From Heterodontus francisci (Eukaryota), in NCBI RefSeq assembly GCF_036365525.1, contig NC_090404.1, forward strand, positions 11,374,550 through 11,438,549: DNA of 64,000 nt, written 5' to 3'. Below the pieces are notes generated by a model. The model had not been told where the DNA came from. It saw only the letters and a list, made by a program, of their open reading frames with translations, and did not search any database. Position 1 is the stretch's first letter; each line of letters opens with the position of its first letter. This document shows positions 1 to 8,319 of the stretch, in pieces. The translations under genes were made by a program, and so were the position numbers.

Positions 1-540
1 TATTGCGTGCAATTCTGGTCACCACACTACCAGAAGGACGTGGAGGCTTTGGAGAGGGTACAGAAGAGGTTTACCAGGATGTTGCCTGGTCTGGAGGGCA
101 TTCGCTATGAGGAGAGTTTGGATAAACTCGGATTGATTTCACTGGAACGACGGAGGTGGAGGGCGACATGATTGAGGTTTACAAAGTTATGAGCGGCATG
201 GACAGAGTGGATAGTCAGAAGCCTTTTCCCAGGGTGGAATCGTCGGTTACGAGGGGACATAGGTTTAAGGTGAAAGGGGCAAAGTTTAGAGGGGATGTGC
301 GAGGCAAGTTCTTTATGCAGAAATTGTTGAGTGCCTGGAACTTGCTGCGGGGGGAGGTAGTGGAAGCAGGTACAATAGCGACGTTTAAGAGGCATCTTGA
401 CAAATACATGAATAGGATGGGAATAGAGGGATATGGGTCCCCGGAAGAGCAGAAGGTTTTTGTTTGGGCAGGCATCACGATCAGCGCAGGCTTGGAGGGT
501 CGAATGGCCTGTTTCTGTGCTGTACTTTTCTTTGTTCTAA
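1..540 (+). mobile_element. CR1 LINE 3' fragment (RT C-terminus and 3' UTR)
   Basis: YCVQFWSPHYQKD...RGHRFKV CR1 ORF2 tail, then a CR1 3' UTR ending in ttctttgttc. Confidence 0.9.
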
Positions 541-622
541 CACTCTCCTGTAATAAATACTGACACTCCTCTTTTCTCCCCACTCTGCCCGCTGTTCCGT
601 TCACCTTGTCACATTGAGGCAG

Positions 623-661
623 TGTTTTTGTACGAGGCTCCCTCTGGGTCCTGTCACTGTG
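623..661 (-). other. 23-spacer recombination signal sequence of V copy A
   Basis: Minus strand: CACAGTG (661-655), 23 nt spacer, ACAAAAACA (631-623). Confidence 0.95.
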
Positions 662-1162
662 TCTCTCAGCCCGCAGTAATACATCGTGCTGTCAGACAGC
701 CGCAGGTCGCGGATGGTGAAATTCCCCTCACTTTTCGAAGTGTCGACAGATGCAGAAAATCGATCCTCCACACTCTCTGCTCTGTAGTTGGGGATGCAGA
801 TGAGGAATGTGGGGCCTTTATCCCGGTCCTGACGGTACAGTTGTAAGGAATAGGAAGTAGCAGTGGTCGAATAGCTGTAATTAATGGTCAGCGAGTCTCC
901 TTCAAACTGCATCACTGTAACCGGCCCCTGTGAGACCGAGACTGCACCACTAACACCTGCAGAAATTTAGAAATACAGAACTTTAAGGTTCTGTTATCAT
1001 TTAAATTCTAACTAAAATCATCAGGCAACTGAATACATTTTAAATCGAAATCACAATTAAAAGGCGAATGATGCCTGAAAGAGGAAGATTGTGTAACTTG
1101 TAAACTTTACCCGTTAAGAGAGCTGCAGCTGTGAGGAACGAATACAAAGCAACAAGCAACAT
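662..1162 (-). CDS. TCR alpha/delta-type V segment, copy A (leader exon 1162-1111, V exon 956-662); open frame but lacks Cys23 and Trp41
   Basis: Leader MLLVALYSFLTAAALLT, phase-1 GT donor at 1110, tttctgcag acceptor. V exon reads GVSGAVSVSQGPVTVMQFEGDSLTINYSYS...LQLYRQ...DLRLSDSTMYYCGLRD and is followed by an RSS. Confidence 0.9.
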
Positions 1163-1259
1163 GTTTGCAGAGAGTTGATGGCGGATTTGAACAGAACTGG
1201 TGGAATCTGAAATTGTTTCAGTCAAGAGTTGGGAAGACGTTCATTCACTTCCGGTCTCT

Positions 1260-1400
1260 CTACCGATTGGTTCATTCCTGAAACAGTCAATAGATGACGG
1301 CCAATCAGTTCAAGATCTTTTGTTCTCAAAGTTATCCAATCAGCTCACGGGTTCTTTGCTCTCCAATTTCATGACGTCAGAGCGGGAAGCGGAAAATGAG
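1260..1400 (-). promoter_or_regulatory. Putative V-segment promoter (CRE, CCAAT boxes, ETS-like sites)
   Basis: Perfect TGACGTCA at 1372-1379, several CCAAT/ATTGG boxes and GGAA motifs, 100-230 bp upstream of the leader ATG. CRE elements are typical of TCR V promoters. Confidence 0.6.
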
Positions 1401-1607
1401 TGAAATTGTTCCCCTGACAATAGGGAACTGGACGAGAATTAAACTCAGTGTTGGCCTTTAACAGTTTTGGTCAGTCTGTGACTGACACAGCATCTGCAAT
1501 ACACAAATGTGTCATTCGGCCAAACTGGTCTTTCATTTGGTTCCCGTCCAACTATCTGTTAACAATGCAGGTCCCAGATATGATTCAGTGTGAGTAGGTC
1601 CTTTTAT

Positions 1608-2080
1608 GGTTTTAGTATGGACTGATTGCCCCTCTGGAACAGTGTGGGGTTCAGTGCAAAGTGCTGCACGGCAGAGTCAGAAACAAGTGCCTGGCAACTT
1701 TTAACGGAACATTTTTCTTTCCTTTTACCAAAACTGCAGAGAATCGATCCGGGAAATCGTGCGACATCTTCCTGCCCCATGCTGTATTTCCTCAGTAAAT
1801 ATCTCGGAGCTTCAGCGGGATACTAGATGTACCAGAAGAGGTAGGGAGTGTTCCTTGATGTGGAGTAACTGCAGTTCACTATTGTAGTCGGTCCTTCTTG
1901 AACGGTTAATTCAGGTGCAGTCTGGGACACGAAGTCTCTTCCATTCGTTCCTGTAGCATAAACACACAAGGTGTCAAAGTTTTATGAGTAATTATAACCC
2001 ATGGAACACACACTGACCAGTTAATGACAGACTCACCGGGCAGCAAGACTATTATTATCACTAAGGAACATGGAGAGCAT
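1608..2080 (-). pseudogene. TCR alpha/delta-type V pseudogene (second family), copy A, with 23-RSS
   Basis: Leader ...SLVIIIVLLP with gtgagt donor at 2036 (ATG out of frame). V exon 1950-1647 reads GTNGRDFVSQTAPEL...VNCSYS...LFWYI* with an in-frame TAG and lost Cys104. RSS is CACACTG (1646-1640), 23 nt, ACTAAAACC. Confidence 0.88.
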
Positions 2081-2304
2081 CCGGTGTCTGGTTTAGAGTC
2101 CAACGGAAAATAACATTATACTATAATTGTGTTGAACTTTCGAGTCTGATATTGGAGAATAAACTCAGATAATGGGGAGAGTTCATTTGACAGGATTGGC
2201 TGCTCTCTCAGAACTGACAATAGATGTGCGCCAAACAGTGTGAGCTGTGGTCCAGTTACTCATGTCTCCCAACAAAACAAACCCTATCATTGCCAAGCTG
2301 TGTG

Positions 2305-2325
2305 AGTGAGTCTTTCCCTCTTTCT

Positions 2326-2356
<31 letters not shown>

Positions 2357-2680
2357 GTTCTTTTTCTCTCTCTCTCTCTCTGGTTCGATGGCTCGGCATC
2401 ACTCAATATGTTTAACTCGGCCTCTGTTGCTCTTTGCCTCTCGATGTGCGTGTCCCTCTGACTATCTGTGTGTTTGTGTGTGAGTGTGTATTTGTGTGTG
2501 TGTCCAGTTCTCACTCACTTTGTTTAACTCGGCGTCTTTCTGTCTCCATCTCTCTCTCCGTGTCTCACTTTATATGTCTCTCTTTTCAACTCGGCCTCAC
2601 TCTGTCTGTTCAGCTCGCTGCCTCTCTCAATCCCCCTTTCTCTCTCACACGCTCTCTGTATCTCCCCTCTCTCCCTCAGT
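2305..2680. repeat. (CT)n/(GT)n low-complexity region
   Basis: Runs of tctctc and gtgtgt, with a repeated tttaactcggc motif. Confidence 0.8.
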
Positions 2681-2900
2681 AACATGTGAAGCGGAAACTA
2701 ATAGAAATCAGTCCCAATCCTTGTCATCACTGTCACAGCCATTACTAGTCACAGTCTAAGTACCCTGAGGGACATGATTAAGTGGATGTAACTCTGCACT
2801 GAAGTGCACTTAAAATGTCACCTGACAGATCTACACAACAACAGGACATGTACTTGCAGAAATTGATTCTATTAATCATCCCTGAAATTTGAAGGTCATT

Positions 2901-3088
2901 CACTGTGGGTCTCAGGAACCAGTAATACACGGCGCTGTCTGTGGCCTTGCAGTTTTCATGGACAAGGGAAATGTCCCTTGTGTTCGATTGACATTCCCAT
3001 GAATGTGTTCAAAGCCAGGAGCCATATCGTTATAGCCAGAACTCTCGATTCCGAGCAGATAGTGAGGGGCTTGGTGTGGATAGTGCGT
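2901..3088 (-). pseudogene. 5'-truncated TCR V relic
   Basis: Minus strand reads YPHQAPHYLLGIESSG...TFPLSM, frameshift, ATDSAVYYWFLR, then CACAGTG at 2907-2901. The nonamer is degenerate and the 5' part is replaced by a LINE tail. Confidence 0.75.
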
Positions 3089-3215
3089 GTCACGGGCAAG
3101 GTTAGCATTTATTGCCCATTCCTAATTGCCCTTGACCAGGTACTGGTGAGCTGCCTTCTTTAAGCACTGTAGTTCGTGTGCTCTAGTTGTACCCATAGTG
3201 CTAGGATTTTCCGTC
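3085..3215 (-). mobile_element. L2/Crack-like LINE 3' tail fragment
   Basis: agcatttattgcccat..ctaattgcccttga matches the 3' end of the LINE at 49963-50925. Confidence 0.65.
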
Positions 3216-3449
3216 CCAGTTCTCTCTGTTATCCTGTTTCGAGTCAAGAAATGAGAAATAGCGCCAGCAGAGGGCGTGCCAGTGACTGTAACACATATGC
3301 ATTGGATTGTTCCCTGGCCCTCAATGAAAGTATAAGAGATACTGACCTTCATATCCAGCGAAAAAATATCACCAGTTGCATGTGAGGATCATCCCAAAGT
3401 AAATCAGTTTTCCAGTAATATTCCTGATCCACCGAGTGCAGAAACGAAG

Positions 3450-3885
3450 AAAATGCATTGAATGAAATTGCAACTTTCACTTTGTTGATATTAGGTGAGT
3501 GTTTTGTGCAGAAAAGTGTTCGGCGTTGGAACATTTTTATCGTTTCTCTTGTATATCGGTAGCTATCGGCGGAGAGAATGTGATCCACCAACCACAGCAG
3601 ATGTTTACATAAGAGGGAGGAGAATCGATTGAAATCCAGTGCAGTGCAACCACCAGCGGCACCGACAGCATCCACTCGTACAGAGAGCTACAGAACCGTG
3701 GTCCCAGATTCAGGATATCTGCTATTATCGGCAACGCCATTGATGGGCGGTTCAGACTCTTCATTGAGCCAACAAGATATTATAACATTCTCGGTACTGA
3801 CAACACCGCGGTATCTGACACTGGAGTCTTTTACTGTGCAGTGAGGCACTGTGAGACAAAGACTGAGCACTCCAATACAATATCT
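3450..3885 (+). pseudogene. TCR alpha/delta-type V pseudogene (plus strand) with 23-RSS
   Basis: Leader remnant IATFTLLIL with gtgagt at 3495. V frame is ENVIHQPQQMFT*EGGESIEIQCSA...IHSYRE...GRFRL...VSDTGVFYCAVR, with TAA at 3610. RSS is CACTGTG (3847-3853), 23 nt, ACAATATCT (3877-3885). Confidence 0.88.
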
Positions 3886-4309
3886 GCTGCAGGTCCCGCT
3901 CAGACCATCTCCACACATCTACTTTTCTGTGTTGTCTGCTTTATGGGTGGATTTCCACAGGCTTCATCCATCCGATAAAGAAGGGGTTATTCAGACTGTC
4001 CTGAATGTGTTGTTTCCTTTGTGAGATACAGTTCCACAGACTCCATTCATTCGGTTAGAAAAGGATTTTCCTGGATTCGAACACTCAGCGCCAGGTCTGA
4101 CCCTTTAGAGAGTCACTATCACAAAGGAACAGGATACTCCTGAATTCTCCCCATAAGAATGATGGGCACTTGCTGATATTCAAACAACTGACATGTCCAG
4201 ATTTGAACCGCTGGCAAAGGGAGCAGCGGATCAACAAGTTACCTCCTGACATCGGATGAGCAATATCCAGTTCCAGCCAATAGAAGAGCAGCAAACACAT
4301 GTGACTGAG

Positions 4310-4560
4310 GCTTTAACTGGACGTCACTGAGTTGAAGATGCCGACAGTTCAATGTCTTCGCTCAGTTCGTGATCTTCTGCTGTGAACTGTGTGCCATTTT
4401 CTTATTGACATTTCAATTACAAGTATGTATTACTCGGTACCAGCGAATCTACTGCCCATCATTCTGGCGCTGCTCACATGTGGTCTGTAGTCTGGAAAAT
4501 GCTCTGTTGGAGCAGGACAACAGATCCTCGCCCCACTGTACTGCCGATCTAATAACAAAC
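4310..4560 (-). pseudogene. Possible highly degenerate V relic
   Basis: Minus strand TTCEQRQNDGQ*IRWYR (V-like Cys-to-WYR spacing), then GTQFTAED and LNCRHLQLSD in shifted frames. No YYC and no clear RSS. Confidence 0.35.
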
Positions 4561-4829
4561 AGGGAACAGCGGCAGCAATCTCTAAACCAGGGCAGGCAAG
4601 GAAGGTCAGAGAGACAGAGGGAAAACTGAAGCTATTGACGGGTTTGACCCAGTTTGAGCTACCTCAAGATTCTGTGCGACCCCAGAAATTGCGCAGTGAC
4701 GCTCACATGAACTCAGTGTTGATTGAGTGGAAAGGGAGTTGGTTGGATGCCAGAATTCTGTTGCCAGGCAGCTCCTGCTCACTGTTCAAGTGATTGGGAA
4801 CAAATAACTTGTGAGGGAAATGAAAAGAT

Positions 4830-5310
4830 GGAAATATAGGATCATACAGCATCGAATGATGCCATTCGGCCCATCATACTGCACAGGCTCTTTGAAAGAG
4901 CTATCACCTTAGTCTTACTCTCCATGCTCTTCCTACACACTGCACAGCCCTGCATTTTTCTCCGTTTGATAACACATACACTTCCTCCCTTGAAAATTAC
5001 TGCTGACTCTCCTTCCTCCATCCATTCAGGCAGTGCATCCCAAATCATGAAAATCGCACTGTCAAAAATAAATCTCCTCTCCTCGGTCATTTTGTCAATT
5101 CCCGTAAATCTGGATCATTGTGAGGTCAAACTTCCTGTCATTGGAAACTGTTACACGCAATCTACTCTATCAAAACCCCATATTTTAAACTCACAATTAA
5201 ATCTTCCTTAGCCTTTGATATAAGGAGAACAATTGCAGCGTCCTGAACTTCTCACAAGTCCCTCATCCCTGGTACAAGTCTATTACATCTCCCCTGCATC
5301 TTGGCAAGGC
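4830..5310 (-). mobile_element. Old CR1 3' fragment
   Basis: Degenerate WDALPE / GRMA CR1 tail motifs. Confidence 0.55.
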
Positions 5311-6009
5311 TATGAAACCCTCGAAGTAGCAGGGATTGAAATAACTTCTATCATTCGTTATTTCTCCTTAAAATTGGTTACAAGGATTCACGGATTCTTA
5401 AAATTGGCTTTGTAATAATGTGAGTATGATTCATATTCTTAAAAATAATAGTCCTTGATCTGAAAGTTTAAGTTAAGTGGATATTAGGACCCTGCGGCAG
5501 CCCACTCAGTGGTGCTGAAAGGTCGATGAAACCATTAGCCATGTTTGCGTGTGCGGCTCTGCTCCCAAGGTCCCCCTTTGCACTGAGTAGACCTTTCCCG
5601 TCTCCCTGCCAGTTTTCCTTTGACAGGTTTTATTTGATCAGAGTGTGTTCCTGGCTCAGAGACAGTTTATACACATTGAACAGATTTCACAAGGCAGTAG
5701 CTGTGATCTTTAAAACAAGTCCCAAGCACAGAGTTCCTCCAATGTCCATTGTCCTTCCGAGTGTCTCTTCATTCACTGTCACTGCAACTGGAAACTGAAT
5801 ATTACAGACCTGGAAATCAATCATTAGTGAATTCAAACAGAATTTTAACTACAAACCACAGAAGGAAAGGGTGCAGGAAGCATTTGTTTAAATGACAGGG
5901 AGAGTTTATTCTTTATGTCTATTGTGTATCTCTGCCTGGATATTGACAATGCCTGGATATTGACAACTGTCTCATATTGGACTGAGGGAAGCTGCCATAT
6001 CTGAGGCTC

Positions 6010-6160
6010 CGTCCTTGAGATCAGACGTTTGACCGAGGCTCCGCCAGCCCGGTCAGGGAGATGTTAAAGAATCCCCGGCACTATTGGAATAGGAGCGGGG
6101 AGGAGGGATTCCCCCAGTGGCCTGGGCCCACATTCCACCCTCAACAAACACCACCCAATA
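6010..6160 (+). mobile_element. DeuSINE-core-like fragment
   Basis: gacgtttgaccgaggc...gatgttaaagaatccc.ggcactatt...cctgg..ca.att..ccctcaac resembles the Deu domain of AmnSINE/SacSINE-type elements (recognised from memory, not aligned). Confidence 0.5.
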
Positions 6161-6540
6161 AAAACACATGGAGCGACCTCCCAGCTCATTACTGTGGGGG
6201 AAAGGAGGGCGGCAGCTTCTACTGACAGAACAACTTGCCCAGTCCCACCCCGTGTACATCAGACTAATGTGGGAGGGAATTTCACATCAGGCTCACAGAC
6301 CCAATGAAGCGACAGAAAACTGCAGGTTCCCTCTTTAAACCTGTCGCTTATTCACACAACACACAGCCAGAGACCCGGGAACCGTGCGGCCCATCAATGA
6401 TCTCCAGGACACTGCCCTCTGCAAATCAACCCGACCCCCTGAAGTATTTCAGTCCAGCTCTGAGGTCCAGTCTCCCAGAGCAGTCCAGGGCTGCAGTCTC
6501 CAGCTCCCCGTCATATAAACCATCAGCTCCAGGCAGCAGA

Positions 6541-7043
6541 ATGATGGGAATCCTCCTTGTTTTCACCCCGTGAGTACCGATCAAACAAACCGACATTGTG
6601 TGGATTTAACATAAAGCTGCTCGAGTCCATCCGAATTACAGACACTGTCGCGGGTTTGAACCTCGTTGTGTGGTTCGGCTCTGATGGCCCATTAAACTCG
6701 CTCTGATTAATTTCCAGACTCTTTCAGTCAGTCAGTGACACAGACCCCGGCAGCGGTGACCAGGAAGGAGTGTCAGTCTCTCACCATCACCTGTGTTCAT
6801 AATGGTGGTTATTGGGATTATACTTCCCGAAATGGCCATTTCTTCAGACAAACCCAGACCGGGACAGAGTGGGAGCGGATCTCTGGTGGAGGCTGATTTG
6901 ATGTGTCGGTGAATAAGGGAGAAAAAACATTTTCACTGGAAATTCAGGATGCAAGAGTTGAAGACACCGCCACCTATTACTGTAAAGCTGAATACTGGTA
7001 CAACACACAGTGATGGGCCTCGGCTTCCCGCGGTACAAGATCT
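6541..7043 (+). pseudogene. NAR-TCR / IgNAR-type V segment pseudogene (leader 6541-6569, V exon 6718-7005) with 22-spacer RSS
   Basis: V exon reads SFSQSVTQTPAAVTRKECQSLTITCVHNGGYWDYTSRNGHFFRQTQTGTEWERISGGG*FDVSVNKGEKTFSLEIQDARVEDTATYYCKAEYWYN. It shows the VNAR-type CDR2 deletion, an extra FR1 Cys and an in-frame TGA. RSS is CACAGTG (7006-7012), 22 nt, ACAAGATCT. Confidence 0.88.
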
Positions 7044-7367
7044 CTCACTGCAGATTATCACAGAAACAAATGAAAAAGCGGAGTTAATCTGCCATTAAAC
7101 CCCATAGTTCCACCCCGCACTGTCTCCCTCACAGTCCAGTTTATAATGAAACTGGATTATTGCCATTAACATCTTGAGTCTTCTAAATGCCGAGTGTGTG
7201 CGGATGGTGATGTCATTCCCGGGATTGGTGTCAGTGAATGGAGGTTTGGAATGACTGATCCCAGTTACAAATCCCTAACACCAGATGGGATCCTGTTCTA
7301 ACAACTGGAACCGGGAAGCACATTCCCCGCCGTTAAACTAATGTCCCCACATCTCACCAAGTACTGG

Positions 7368-7438
7368 GGGATTTGTGTTAACTTGAAACATTTTGTTTAG
7401 TTGGGGAGGCCACAGTGGGAGAGACCAGAGAAAACACC
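7368..7438 (+). other. Putative D segment (7396-7410, TTTAGTTGGGGAGGC) flanked by two 12-spacer RSSs
   Basis: 5' side: GGGATTTGT, 12 nt, CATTTTG (degenerate heptamer). 3' side: perfect CACAGTG (7411-7417), 12 nt, GAAAACACC. G-rich core, located between V and J. Confidence 0.65.
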
Positions 7439-7761
7439 TCAGTATATTTCTGAAAAATTCCCCGGGCCCTGATCCTGAATTGAAGGGTTGATGTTATTCT
7501 CGCTCGAATCTGGTTTAATGTAATTGTAATTTCCTCCTTTCTGTTATCTTTTTCTGTCTTTTTTCTCTCTTTATATGAAGCGCCGATCTCCTACCCATGT
7601 TCCTTGGCCATTTCACTAAGAGCTCAGAGTCTCACAAAGAACAGTTTGATCCCAACGAAGAATATGAAACATGGAATATTGTTTATTGAAATAAAATCAC
7701 TGGAATGATTGGGCCGTGCTGACAGTCTGGTGATGTGTGACCGACAGAATGAGGTGCCGGT

Positions 7762-7855
7762 TGTTCTTGTTCTGGGGTGACTGAGAGCGGTGTCACTGTG
7801 TTATGAGACTAGATATGTGGATGGATCCGGGACGGTGGTGACTGTCACAGACGGT
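7762..7855 (+). other. NAR-type J segment (7801-7853) with 23-RSS and splice donor
   Basis: TGTTCTTGT, 23 nt, CACTGTG (7794-7800), then YETRYVDGSGTVVTVTD and G|gtaagt. It has xGxG-T-V-T-V without F/W, as in IgNAR-type J segments. Confidence 0.88.
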
Positions 7856-7902
7856 AAGTGACTCAAAACCGCGATGCGTTACAGACTTTTCTAACCTTTT
7901 TG

Positions 7903-8045
7903 CAAGTTCTGATGAAAGGTCACAGACCTGAAACGTTAACTTTGCTTCTCTCTCCACAGATGCTGCCTGACCTGCTGAATACTACCAGCATTCTTTTGCT
8001 TTTACTTCAGATTTCCAGCATCTGCATAATTTTGCTTTTAATTAA
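7903..8045 (+). mobile_element. Penelope-like pLTR fragment with minimal type I hammerhead ribozyme motif
   Basis: caagtt CTGATGA aaggtc-aca-gacct GAAA cgtt aactt. The downstream sequence matches the 3' end of the GIY-YIG element at 25154-26060. Confidence 0.8.
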
Positions 8046-8319
8046 CATTTCAGGTAGTGTGATCTGTATAATCCTGGCAGAGATCAACTTTTCCAGACAG
8101 ACCCTGCGGGATAATTCCTGGGGTTTTACTCACTAAAGCAATAGATACAATATAAGTGACATGGACACAGAGTGTGATACAGGATCTTCACTCAGCCTCC
8201 GCACTGAACAATTTCTCTGTAATTTCAACCTCCATTTTCTCTCCTCTCTCTCTCCTCAAAGCTCACTGCCCTCCGTTCCTCCCCAAATCTCTCTCCTGAC
8301 ATGTAAACTCTCCAGGCCA

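Noticed and set aside
6419-6426. CTGCAAAT octamer-like motif upstream of the NAR-type leader
   Set aside because: A 7/8 match is easily due to chance; no further support.
6718-7855. Reading the cassette as a bona fide IgNAR cluster or a germline-joined gene
   Set aside because: Only one candidate D and no constant exons are seen; the segments are unjoined with RSSs; the FR1 Cys and TCR V neighbours fit NAR-TCR better.
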